From a virus (Duplodnaviria; Caudoviricetes): a stretch of 54,929 bases of DNA. Position 1 is the first letter of the stretch; the number at the start of each line of letters is the position of its first letter. The position numbers and the translations under genes were made by a program. The stretch is taken from positions 1 through 54,929 of IMG/VR virus record IMGVR_UViG_3300029822_001021, one strand, 5' to 3'. The notes under the pieces are model-generated. The model was not told where the DNA came from. It saw only the letters and a list, made by a program, of their open reading frames with translations, and searched no databases. Below, one piece after another: positions 38,662 to 48,195 of this stretch.

Positions 38662-38848
38662 GGCTATCACCCCCCTCCTCAATAATTGAAAGCGCTCTCA
38701 CACTGTCGCCTGGGACAATGACCGTCAGCCTTTGCTTGTCACCAAGCAGGAGACGCAGCAGTCTCTCGCGCACGGTGACACGGCGACAGCCAACTATTCC
38801 GCCGCCCTGTGGTTCCTTTGAAACACTAATTCTAAGCGTGTGCTTCAT
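38624..38848 (-). CDS. Conserved small phage protein
   Basis: MKHTLRISVSK...LTVIVPGDSV; AAGGTG RBS. Confidence 0.7.
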   Translation of the reverse strand: MKHTLRISVSKEPQGGGIVGCRRVTVRERLLRLLLGDKQRLTVIVPGDSVRALSIIEEGGDSHEQNQAIAGCSG

Positions 38849-38861
38849 TCGGATCACCTTG

Positions 38862-38927
38862 CCTTTCCGAAGGCTGATTTCTTGTGCCTTCTGCCTTATG
38901 CCACCTGCGGAAGATAAATCGGACGGT
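38862..38927 (-). promoter_or_regulatory. Repeated promoter+hairpin element, copy C
   Basis: ACCGTCCGATT-N14-GGC-N8-GAAGGC-loop-GCCTTCGGAAAGG immediately after the sigma gene stop. Confidence 0.7.
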
Positions 38928-38929
38928 TA

Positions 38930-39313
38930 CTATAACATTTTTTTGAGTTTGTTCTTTGCTCGGTTTACGGCGTGGCGTATAGCGGACTCGTCCACGCCTT
39001 CCAGGGCGGCAAGTTCTGTGTATTTCCAACCTTCCAGACAGGTTTTACGGATAAGGTACTGCTGTCGCTCGGTCAGGTGGGACATAGCGCGGCTAACAGT
39101 TTCTGAAGCTATAAGGTCGGCAAGCAAGTCCGTTCCATCGTCAAAGAACCGCTTGTCCTCATAGGTGAAACTCTCAAGGGAAGTGTGGCGGCGGGTTTCC
39201 CGCCGTTCATTTTTCTTTTCTTCTTCTACGGAACTGAGATAGAAGGTACCGACTTCGTCAGAAACCTCCAATTCGATGATTCTGCCATCGGCATCTTTGT
39301 AATTTATTAACAT
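38930..39313 (-). CDS. Sigma-70 region 4-type phage transcription factor
   Basis: LTERQQYLI...WKYTELAALEGVDESAIRHAVNRAKNKLKK HTH. Confidence 0.85.
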   Translation of the reverse strand: MLINYKDADGRIIELEVSDEVGTFYLSSVEEEKKNERRETRRHTSLESFTYEDKRFFDDGTDLLADLIASETVSRAMSHLTERQQYLIRKTCLEGWKYTELAALEGVDESAIRHAVNRAKNKLKKML

Positions 39314-39319
39314 CTTTTT

Positions 39320-39451
39320 CCTCCTGCGATTTTCAAAAGTTGGCTTGAAAATCCGCAGGGGGCCGATGTCTCAAATCCGTAGAAACAAAACGAGACGGGC
39401 GGCGACACCAGTGGTTGGTGTCATCCTGCCCGTCTCGCGGTTCTGCGGATT
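39320..39451 (-). ncRNA. Structured cis-regulatory leader (attenuator/switch candidate) of the sigma gene
   Basis: Nested stems 39404-10/39416-22, 39391-400/39428-37, 39374-84/39441-51 and an RBS-overlapping stem 39323-36/39345-59. Confidence 0.5.
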
Positions 39452-39475
39452 CTCGTTATTGACTTGTGTTTGCGG

Positions 39476-39625
39476 TTATGCTACTTCTGTATTTATGATT
39501 ACTGCTTTTCCATCTGGTTTAATAAAAATCAGCGTCTTGCAGCCTTTGTAGACAATTTCTACGACGCCAGCTTTCTCATCCAGGCGGCAGACCAGCTTGC
39601 CGCGAGCGTTTCGGATATCTCGCAT
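39476..39625 (-). CDS. 49-aa small protein missed by the ORF track
   Basis: MRDIRNARGKLVCRLDEKAGVVEIVYKGCKTLIFIKPDGKAVIINTEVA; GAAAGGAG RBS. Confidence 0.7.
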   Translation of the reverse strand: MRDIRNARGKLVCRLDEKAGVVEIVYKGCKTLIFIKPDGKAVIINTEVA

Positions 39626-39777
39626 CTCGACGCATCTCCTTTCCATGAAAAGTACGGCTTGTCTGACCGTCTATATTGATTTTATTGGCTCAAGCACGGT
39701 GAGTCCTCAGCTACAGCTCCGCTATCACTCCGCTATTACTCAGCAAATTTTCATTTGTTTTTATCGCAGAAAATTGG

Positions 39778-39850
39778 ACTAAGCATTTGCAAAGATTAAA
39801 TTAACATATTTAAATTTATGTTTTTTATTTGCTTAGTTATTTGCTATAAT
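39778..39850. promoter_or_regulatory. Divergent control region with operator-like inverted repeats and extended -10
   Basis: ACTAAGCA/TGCTTAGT and AACATA/TATGTT inverted repeats; TGCTATAAT at 39842-39850. Confidence 0.55.
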
Positions 39851-39899
39851 TAGGTAACAACTTATTTTAAGAGCGTCCAGAATGCTTGGAGGCGATATA

Positions 39900-40118
39900 A
39901 TGGCATTTAGTTATAACAAGCTTTGGAAACTATTAATTGATAAAAAGATGATGAAAAAAGACTTGATGGCAAAGACGAATCTGACATCAACTACGATAGC
40001 GAAGATGAGTAAGGACTTGCCGGTAAGCATGGACGTATTAGCCAGAATCTGTAAGGCTCTTGATGTGAACATTGGTGATATTGTTGACTATGTCGATGAT
40101 GATGCATCGAATTCTTAG
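39900..40118 (+). CDS. Cro/CI-type HTH repressor (HTH only)
   Basis: SYNKLWKLLIDK...VLARICKALDVNIGDIV; divergent from lytic genes. Confidence 0.88.
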   Translation: MAFSYNKLWKLLIDKKMMKKDLMAKTNLTSTTIAKMSKDLPVSMDVLARICKALDVNIGDIVDYVDDDASNS

Positions 40119-40141
40119 ATTTAATTAAGGGGGCGCAATTT

Positions 40142-41380
40142 ATGAAAAAGCTGTGCTTTGGTTCTTACGCAACGGTTTTAACGCTTTGTAAAGCAAAAAG
40201 CGTTACGCAAAAGCGGTTGTGTGGCACCATCTTGCTTTCTATTGCGCCAAATTATGATATTCGTGAAGATGATGGCACTACTTCAGATTTGGTTCGTGGT
40301 AAGAAAAATCTATCGCCTATCGTGACTGAAAATGCCCCAACAGTGGACTTGCGTACTGTTGCTGATTATTTCAAACATAATATCCTATCTCTCCTGGACA
40401 GCAACAAAAGGAGCCACATCGTTCTTGCGTTGAAGGATATCGTCGCTTCTGATGACACAATCGAGCCTGATACAATTGTGGAAAGAGTTAACGGAATGAC
40501 AAAAGCAACTATTGCAGGACGTAATGCTTTTGTATTAGAAGACTTTCTGGCCGGGCTTTTCCTATATACGGTGGTCAATGTAGAAAACCGCAACTGTCAA
40601 GAAAGCATAAGAGAGATAACCGGTGAGTACATACAGTCCTTTGACACACAAAAAACGAGCATAGACTTTCTTACGGCATACAGCAATTTCTCAATGGGGA
40701 TCGCCGATGAAATAGCGATTAACACTCGCGCTTTGGTTTTACTAACAGAGACAGGCGGCAAATGTCAAAAATGTGGGAGACCATTAGGCATAAAAAAAGA
40801 AGGTAACGACGTTAATTACGCTAAAGTCGTTCACCTTTCTGAAACTGATGATGTTATTCTATGTGTTGACTGTGAACGCGAAATGCAAAATGCCTCAGAA
40901 GACGATAAATTGGCTTTATTATCGGACAAACATTATTTAGAAAATCTTACGGCGGCAAGGAATGCAACGTCACTATATACATTGCAAAATCAAATTGAAG
41001 ATGTGCTTCGTGAAGTAAACTTAATGGATGTTACAGATGATACACGTCTCAAAATAGAACCTGTCAAGGTTGAAAAGAAAGTCACTGAAAAGCGGTTGAA
41101 AGAGCGTGTGCTTTTTGATGTTACGCAGTTGTATGAAGGCGTTAATAATGCGTTAGATCGATTGGCAGGAGAAAACAAGCTAAACGTTGATAAGTTTGCT
41201 AAAAGTATTAAGCGGATGTATGAAGATGCAAGCGAATCGCTTCCCTCCCAAAGTGCCATTTATAATCTGCTCGTTGAAACATTGTTTGAAAAGACTGGCC
41301 GCAAATACAAAGAAGCCTGTGAAATAATAATCTCCTACTTCGTGCAAAGGTGTGAGGTATTCGATGAGATTGCCGAATAA
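40142..41380 (+). CDS. ABC-three-component (Lamassu-like) effector with HNH-like Zn finger and C-terminal CTD
   Basis: CQKC...LCVDC; C-terminal IISYFVQRCEVF typical of ABC-3C CTDs; followed by middle component and ABC ATPase. Confidence 0.72.
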   Translation: MKKLCFGSYATVLTLCKAKSVTQKRLCGTILLSIAPNYDIREDDGTTSDLVRGKKNLSPIVTENAPTVDLRTVADYFKHNILSLLDSNKRSHIVLALKDIVASDDTIEPDTIVERVNGMTKATIAGRNAFVLEDFLAGLFLYTVVNVENRNCQESIREITGEYIQSFDTQKTSIDFLTAYSNFSMGIADEIAINTRALVLLTETGGKCQKCGRPLGIKKEGNDVNYAKVVHLSETDDVILCVDCEREMQNASEDDKLALLSDKHYLENLTAARNATSLYTLQNQIEDVLREVNLMDVTDDTRLKIEPVKVEKKVTEKRLKERVLFDVTQLYEGVNNALDRLAGENKLNVDKFAKSIKRMYEDASESLPSQSAIYNLLVETLFEKTGRKYKEACEIIISYFVQRCEVFDEIAE

Positions 41381-41603
41381 AGTTACATCTTATACAAACA
41401 GCGTTATCGCCCGTTTTCCAGATATCTTAGAAGTATTGACGCAGCGAGATATGTCTCCTAAAGAGCTGTTTGAACTAACCACATCAGGGCAGAAGGATAT
41501 GGGCGATTTTCTAAGTGCTTTAGACTGCTTGTTTGCATTGGGGAAAATTGAATTAATGGATGAAGGGAGGGTACTACGCTATGTTGACAGAAATTCGATG
41601 TGA
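41364..41603 (+). CDS. ABC-three-component middle component (LmuC-like)
   Basis: MRLPNKVTSY...LDCLFALGKI; overlaps both neighbours. Confidence 0.75.
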   Translation: MRLPNKVTSYTNSVIARFPDILEVLTQRDMSPKELFELTTSGQKDMGDFLSALDCLFALGKIELMDEGRVLRYVDRNSM

Positions 41604-43233
41604 TAAATTTGCACCTAAGCATCAAAACATCCAATTTAATTATGGACTTAATACGGTTTTAGGTAGTTCTGGCGGCAGTAATGCCATTGGCAAATCAACA
41701 TTTCTGTGGATTATCGACTATGCGTTCGGCGGTGAAGGCTACTACACCCTTTCTGGTGACATTAAAAAAGAGATCGGCCCTCATACCATTTATTTCACTT
41801 TTCAATTTGAAGGACAGCCACATTACTTTTACCGGAGAACCGATGAACCTAAAAATGTATATCGCTGTGATAAAGAAGGCCATTTCATTACAAAGTTGTC
41901 GCTTGATGAATTTCGGAGCTTTCTCTTTCAGGAATACAAGGTTGGACTTCCAGCCCTTACATTTTCGGAGATTACAGAGCGGTATTTTCGTATTTATGGC
42001 CGGGAAAATACACTGGAGAAGTACCCCCTGCTCGTAAAGCCTCGTGAACAGGATGAAAAAGCAGTTGATTTTCTGATGAAACTATTTGGTCACTACAATA
42101 TTCTTTCTGCCATTAAGAACATGGAGGAAGAACTTGGTGTCAAATACTCGCAGCTTAAATCGCGTAAGCGTCAGCAGGTTGACACCGCAAAAATTGAAAT
42201 GAATCAGAAGACTATAGAGTCACTGAAGAAAAGGCTCCAGAAGCTAATGAAAAACAGTGAAGAGGCCCAGTTAGCGCTGTTTGGGTTTGATACACAGACA
42301 TTTGAACGGATAAAAGCGGCTCAAAAAGAGTTGAACAAATTCATCCGCAAACGCAATCGTCTGCAATCTCAGCTTAATGCAATTTCGAGTAACATCGCTG
42401 ACACTAATCCTGAAACCGCCAGTGAATTTGATTCCCTGGTGCATTTTTTCCCAAATACTGATATAAAAGCCTTCGAGGAAATTGAGCACTTTCATAAGAG
42501 AATAAGGGAAATTCTGGGCGAAGAAATGGCTCAGGAAATAGCACGTTTGCAACCGCTCATTGATCATTGCGATAAAGAAATCAAACGTTTACATCAAAAG
42601 ATAGAGGAATCCGGCTTGGCAAAAGAGATGTCGGAACGAGTGCTCTCCCAATGTGTCAACGTGTCAAAAAGCATTGATAGACTAGAAGAGGAAACAGCCG
42701 AGTTGATTCACCAGAAAGAATTGCAGGAAATCCGCGCCGAAGCAGAGCACAAGCTAGAAAGACTAATGCTTCAACAAACCGAGAAGCTGGAAGAAATACA
42801 GGACAACATCAACCTACGTATGGCAACGATAAATGGTGTAGTGACTGAACACCAAGAAATAGCACCCATTCTGCAGATTACTCCCCAAAAGGAAATTACC
42901 TTTGAGACTCCTGGAAACACCAGTGAGGGTACTGCGTTTAAGAGCCTGGTGGTTTACGATTTAAGTGTGCTTGAGTTACGACCAATCCCTGTACTCATTC
43001 ATGATTCTAATATTCTCAAACGCATTGAGGACATACACCTAGAACACATATTGGAACTTTATCAGGCCAGTGGACGACAGATCTTTATTGCGTTTGACAA
43101 GGCTGATTCTACAACCACAAAGGCACACAAGATTTTAGAAGCTACAACGATTTTGCGGTTGTCGGATGGAAATGAGCTTTTTGGTCGTTCGTGGAGTAAG
43201 CACGAAACGAATGATATTAATGGGGGGATCTAA
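41581..43233 (+). CDS. SMC/Rad50-like ABC ATPase (DUF2326; LmuB-like)
   Basis: GSNAIGKST Walker A, long coiled coil, SEGTA signature, LIHDS Walker B, QIFIA. Confidence 0.82.
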   Translation: MLTEIRCDKFAPKHQNIQFNYGLNTVLGSSGGSNAIGKSTFLWIIDYAFGGEGYYTLSGDIKKEIGPHTIYFTFQFEGQPHYFYRRTDEPKNVYRCDKEGHFITKLSLDEFRSFLFQEYKVGLPALTFSEITERYFRIYGRENTLEKYPLLVKPREQDEKAVDFLMKLFGHYNILSAIKNMEEELGVKYSQLKSRKRQQVDTAKIEMNQKTIESLKKRLQKLMKNSEEAQLALFGFDTQTFERIKAAQKELNKFIRKRNRLQSQLNAISSNIADTNPETASEFDSLVHFFPNTDIKAFEEIEHFHKRIREILGEEMAQEIARLQPLIDHCDKEIKRLHQKIEESGLAKEMSERVLSQCVNVSKSIDRLEEETAELIHQKELQEIRAEAEHKLERLMLQQTEKLEEIQDNINLRMATINGVVTEHQEIAPILQITPQKEITFETPGNTSEGTAFKSLVVYDLSVLELRPIPVLIHDSNILKRIEDIHLEHILELYQASGRQIFIAFDKADSTTTKAHKILEATTILRLSDGNELFGRSWSKHETNDINGGI

Positions 43234-43236
43234 AAT

Positions 43237-45687
43237 ATGGCTGCAATAAACGATTTAATAAGGCAAATACCTGATACGTCTTTACGTATTCGTTTGGAAC
43301 AGGAAGTTGCTCGCCTATCTAAGAATAAAAAATTTGGACTAGTTTTCGAGGAACACATCCCTGAATGTACTCCGCTTTATGATGTTGCTATCAAACTTGG
43401 CTCGACAGTTGCACGAAAAACGGGACACATCAATGATTTCTATACAGTGGTGAAATTAAATGGCGATACTGCCCTTTGCCGTAAAAAGATAACAGGCGAT
43501 GCTGTGGCAATCCCACTTACGGAACTCGTTTCGGTTGCCCAATTTGGCGAGCCGATATTTCCTATGCTCCAACCGATTGAATCTGTAGAGAATGCGCCTG
43601 GTAGTAATCTATGGCACACACTCATTGAAGCAGACAACTACCACGCTCTCCAATTGCTGGAATACCTATACCCCAAACAGGTAGATTGCATCTACATCGA
43701 CCCGCCATACAACACAGGGGCAAAAGATTGGAAATACAACAATGACTATGTGGATTCCTCTGATAGCTGGCGTCATAGCAAGTGGCTGTCAATGATGCAG
43801 AAGCGGCTGAGGATTGCGAAGAGGATTTTGAACCCAGACACAGGTGTTCTCATCGTCACCATTGACGAACACGAAGTGCATCACCTTCGAATTCTGTTAG
43901 AACAACTTTTTCCAGAGTTTTATATCCAAATGGTAACAGTTGTGATAAACCCTAAAGGGGTTACTCAGGGACGCTTTTCGCGGGTAGAGGAATATATAGT
44001 GTATTGCTTTGCTCCTAACGCATTTGTTGCTGACAACGATGATAATTTGCTAAACCCACCTATCCCCAACAGAAAACCACGTTGGAAGGGTTTGCTACGT
44101 TCAGGAACAGATGCAAATAGAAGCGACCGGGAAAGTATGTTTTATCCTGTGCTGGTTGATAGTGAGCGACAAGCTGTTGTAAAGGCGGGTAATTACTTAC
44201 CTTTATCGCAATCACCGGTTCTTGGTGAAAAGATTGAAGGCTATGAAGTCGCGTGGCCTATTAGAAAAGATGGTTCATTTGGAAGATGGAGTGTTGGTAG
44301 CGACACGTTAAACAACCTGATTTCCAAAGGATACGTAGCTTGTGGAAAATATGATTCACAACGTAGAACTTGGGGAATTTCGTACATAAGTCAACCAAAT
44401 CAACAACAAATTGAGCGTGGCGGTATCCGAATTGTCGGTCGTGACCCGATTACTAATGTTGTTACCATTGAATATGCTAGGGATGATACTCGTGTAATTA
44501 AAACGGTATGGCACCGCTCTTATCATGACGCTGGGGCTTATGGTTCTGACATGGTTTCAAGTATTGTAGGTCAGTCAAGAGCATTTTCTTTCCCGAAATC
44601 ACTTTATTCTACTAAAGATGCAATTATGGCAGTTGTTCGAAATAATAAAAAAGCCCTTATCGTTGATTTCTTTGCCGGAAGTGGTACAACTCTCCATGCC
44701 GTGAATCTGTTGAACGTTGAGGATAACGGCCAAAGACGGTGCATATTGGTCACAAATAATGAGGTTTCAGTTGACGAGGCACGGGATTTGCAAAGAAACG
44801 GCTACCAACCAGGTGACCTCGAATGGGAAAAACATGGAATTTGCCGCGCGGTAACTTGGCCGAGGACAAAATATAGCATTCTTGGCAAACGTGACGATGG
44901 CACAGTTCTAACAGGAGAGTACTTTACGAACCAGACCGTAACAAAGGAAGTTGATCGTTCATTCTATCAGCTCGGCTTTGTAGAGAACCCCACAGAACTA
45001 ACAACCAGCGCTAAAAAGCAGCTTGTTTCCTTGCTTCGTGGCAAGGATGGAAAGGCACAACTGCCGCAAACGTTGGTAAAAGCGGGCAGTAAATTTATTG
45101 TTTCGGATAAACATTCAGCGTCGGTTTTATTTGATATAAACGCTGTTGATGAATGGCTTGAAGCGTTGGAAGATCAAGACCACATCACCGACTTTTACAT
45201 ATTGGTCAAAGAGCCCGCGAAATTCAAAGCTATTAAAGCACTGGTTACTGATTTGCTTGGTCCCATTAGCGAGACAACGCAAGTGAAACGCCCCATGAGT
45301 GATGGCTTCCCTGCCAATGTCGAATATTTTAAACTTGGTTTTTTGGATAAAAACAGCGTGTCGTTGGGACAGCAGTTTCATGAAATACTACCACTGCTGT
45401 GGCTGAAATCTGGTGCACTTGGTAAGCGACCTGAACTAAGCAGCGATGAAGAACCAAAAATGTTAATTCTTCCACAGAACGGCTTTGCTGTTCTGGTTGA
45501 TGAAACAAAGTTTGCTGAGTTTGCCGAAAAGCTCTCGGAAGAAGATAGAATCAAGGTGGTCTATTTCGTAACAAACTCCGAGGACGCATTCCGTGAAATG
45601 ACCGCTGGCATAAAAGTAAATAAAACATACCAGCTATACCGCGATTACATCGACAACTTTGTGTTGGGGAGCAGGAGGGATTCATAA
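43237..45687 (+). CDS. Type III-like restriction-modification methyltransferase (Mod)
   Basis: KKFGLVFE, YIDPPYNTG, FPKS, DFFAGSGTT in beta-class order. Confidence 0.88.
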   Translation: MAAINDLIRQIPDTSLRIRLEQEVARLSKNKKFGLVFEEHIPECTPLYDVAIKLGSTVARKTGHINDFYTVVKLNGDTALCRKKITGDAVAIPLTELVSVAQFGEPIFPMLQPIESVENAPGSNLWHTLIEADNYHALQLLEYLYPKQVDCIYIDPPYNTGAKDWKYNNDYVDSSDSWRHSKWLSMMQKRLRIAKRILNPDTGVLIVTIDEHEVHHLRILLEQLFPEFYIQMVTVVINPKGVTQGRFSRVEEYIVYCFAPNAFVADNDDNLLNPPIPNRKPRWKGLLRSGTDANRSDRESMFYPVLVDSERQAVVKAGNYLPLSQSPVLGEKIEGYEVAWPIRKDGSFGRWSVGSDTLNNLISKGYVACGKYDSQRRTWGISYISQPNQQQIERGGIRIVGRDPITNVVTIEYARDDTRVIKTVWHRSYHDAGAYGSDMVSSIVGQSRAFSFPKSLYSTKDAIMAVVRNNKKALIVDFFAGSGTTLHAVNLLNVEDNGQRRCILVTNNEVSVDEARDLQRNGYQPGDLEWEKHGICRAVTWPRTKYSILGKRDDGTVLTGEYFTNQTVTKEVDRSFYQLGFVENPTELTTSAKKQLVSLLRGKDGKAQLPQTLVKAGSKFIVSDKHSASVLFDINAVDEWLEALEDQDHITDFYILVKEPAKFKAIKALVTDLLGPISETTQVKRPMSDGFPANVEYFKLGFLDKNSVSLGQQFHEILPLLWLKSGALGKRPELSSDEEPKMLILPQNGFAVLVDETKFAEFAEKLSEEDRIKVVYFVTNSEDAFREMTAGIKVNKTYQLYRDYIDNFVLGSRRDS

Positions 45688-48195
45688 ATGAGAGATACAT
45701 TATTTCCGTTTCAGGAAACAGCTCTTGCTGAATTGCATGAAAAGATCAATAAAGCACACTTGATGTGGAGCGAACGTGACCCACAAGTAATTTCCTTTTC
45801 CGCACCTACAGGTTCGGGAAAAACAATCATCATGACCACACTCTTTGAAGAAATTCTATTTGGGAGTGCAGATAACATTGGCGAGCCGAAGTCAGTGTTT
45901 GTTTGGCTTTCCGATTCACCGGAACTTAATGAGCAAACGCGGCTAAAAATTGAAAGCAAGTCTGATAAAATCCGTGTGCGGGATTTAGTTACTATTGATG
46001 CAACCTTTAGCGCCGAGTATCTTGAAGGTGGCCGCATCTATTTTCTGAACACACAAAAACTAGGTTCTGACAAACTATTGACGGCAAAATCCGATACACG
46101 GCAATATTCAATTTGGGAAACACTTACTAACACTACTAAACGTAATCCAAAGCAGTTTTATGTGGTGATTGATGAAGCGCATAGAGGCACCTATACCTCC
46201 GTTCAAGCGGAGAACAAAGCGCAGTCCATCATGCAGAAATTCATTAAAGGCAGCAAGGATGACGGGCTCTGTATTATGCCTCTTGTCATCGGTGTAACTG
46301 CAACCCCTCAGAGATTTGATAATTTAATTGCTGGAACTACATCGACAGTTCAGAAAGTCATCGTTCCTCCTGAGCATGTGCGTGATTCCGGACTTTTAAA
46401 GGACAGAATCATCATTCATTTCCCGGATATTCAACTAAGTGCCGAAATGACCATGTTCAAGGGTGCAGTAGAAAATTGGCTTAAAAAGTGCTCTCACTGG
46501 AAAGCTTACTGTGAACGCGAAAACGAGAAAATGGTAAATCCTATTCTCGTTGTTCAAGTCGAAGATGGCAACGAACGCGAAGTAACCCATACTGATATTG
46601 GGGCTTGTATTGATTTACTTGAGGAATCACTGGGGCGCAAATTACTGCCTGGTGAAGTGGTACATACCTTTAATGACCGTGGCACGATTAAAGTACGTGA
46701 CGTCGAAATTCAGCAAATCGAGGCCTCTCGAATTGAAGACGAAGAAAATGTGAAGGTAGTATTCTTCAAAATGAACCTTTCCACAGGCTGGGACTGTCCA
46801 CGTGCTGAAACGATGATGTCGTTCCGCAGTGCACAAGACTATACTTTTATTGCGCAGCTTTTAGGTCGTATGATTCGCACTCCTTTAGCGAGAAGAATTG
46901 CCTCCGATGCTGAACTTAATAGCGTGAGCCTTTTTCTTCCGTACTTTGACGAAGAAACAGTGAAAAATGTGGTTAATGCTCTACGCGATAGTGAGTCGGC
47001 TATGCCCGCCGAAACAGGTACTAACAAAGAACTTGTTACACTTGGTCGCAATCTTGCCTATGCCGATGTGTTTGATGCAATGGATAACCTCGTCACTTAC
47101 CGGGTAGATTCATCTCGCAAACAGGCACCTCTTAAGTTACTAATACAGCTTTCCCGAGCACTGACGATGGACGGCATTGATTTAGGAGCGCAGAAAACAG
47201 TTAAACATGCAGTTCTATCAAAAATGGATGAGGAAATTGCGCGGATAAAAGAAAGCGGAGAATTTAACAGCCGAGCTGCTGCGATCACCGGATTTGCTCT
47301 GGGTACACTCATATTTGAGTACGGAGACAATGCCTATTCCTTTGACGAAGCAACACAGACCATGACAGTATCGGATTTCGATATTTCACGACATTTTGAA
47401 CAGGCCGGAAAGCTGTTGGGCGAAGGCCTGCACAAAGAATATTGGATTCGGCACAGTAGCCGTGACCATATCGATATAAAAAAGGAGATCATCGTTCTTA
47501 CAAACGACACGGACGCAATGGAACGAATAGAAGCCTTTGCAGAGGAAAAATTCATTAATCTCTACGAAGACAATAAGCGCTCCATTGCAAAATTAAACGA
47601 GGCACGAAAAAATTTTTATGAAAGGTTAATAAATTCTTCTGTACAACCGATAGCTGTGCCATGGGTATTACCCGATTCAATCGATTTCTCTGTGCCAGAT
47701 GATAGCATTAAGTTTGAACAGCACCTATATTGTTCCGAGGACGATACATTCCAAACATCACTAAACCAATGGGAGAGCGGAGTTATTAAAGAAGAACTTA
47801 AAAACGGTGCCGTCTGCTGGTTACGTAATCTCGACCGTAAAAAGTGGTCACTTGAAATACCGTATGAAGTTAGCGGTATTACCACTTCTATGTTCCCGGA
47901 TTTAGTGGTTGTTAGAGCAGATGCACAGGGTTACGTTTTCGATATTCTGGAACCACATGACCCCAGTCGTAAGGATAATTACCCCAAGGCTGTAGGCTTG
48001 GCGAAATTTGCCGAGAAACACTGGGATAAATTTGGCAGAATTCAGCTCATTCGTCTAAAAAAAGGTGTAGATGGTCACGAACATTTCTATCGATTGGATA
48101 TGGGAAAAACAACAGTCAGAAATAAGGTTCGCGGTATTACGTCAAACGAGGAGCTTGATAGAATTTTCGACGCAGATGCTATACGTGAAGACTAG
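45688..48195 (+). CDS. Type III-like restriction subunit (Res helicase-nuclease)
   Basis: APTGSGKT, IDEAH, TATP, GWDCP, QLLGRMIR; C-terminal FPDL...LEPH nuclease-like motif. Confidence 0.85.
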   Translation: MRDTLFPFQETALAELHEKINKAHLMWSERDPQVISFSAPTGSGKTIIMTTLFEEILFGSADNIGEPKSVFVWLSDSPELNEQTRLKIESKSDKIRVRDLVTIDATFSAEYLEGGRIYFLNTQKLGSDKLLTAKSDTRQYSIWETLTNTTKRNPKQFYVVIDEAHRGTYTSVQAENKAQSIMQKFIKGSKDDGLCIMPLVIGVTATPQRFDNLIAGTTSTVQKVIVPPEHVRDSGLLKDRIIIHFPDIQLSAEMTMFKGAVENWLKKCSHWKAYCERENEKMVNPILVVQVEDGNEREVTHTDIGACIDLLEESLGRKLLPGEVVHTFNDRGTIKVRDVEIQQIEASRIEDEENVKVVFFKMNLSTGWDCPRAETMMSFRSAQDYTFIAQLLGRMIRTPLARRIASDAELNSVSLFLPYFDEETVKNVVNALRDSESAMPAETGTNKELVTLGRNLAYADVFDAMDNLVTYRVDSSRKQAPLKLLIQLSRALTMDGIDLGAQKTVKHAVLSKMDEEIARIKESGEFNSRAAAITGFALGTLIFEYGDNAYSFDEATQTMTVSDFDISRHFEQAGKLLGEGLHKEYWIRHSSRDHIDIKKEIIVLTNDTDAMERIEAFAEEKFINLYEDNKRSIAKLNEARKNFYERLINSSVQPIAVPWVLPDSIDFSVPDDSIKFEQHLYCSEDDTFQTSLNQWESGVIKEELKNGAVCWLRNLDRKKWSLEIPYEVSGITTSMFPDLVVVRADAQGYVFDILEPHDPSRKDNYPKAVGLAKFAEKHWDKFGRIQLIRLKKGVDGHEHFYRLDMGKTTVRNKVRGITSNEELDRIFDADAIRED

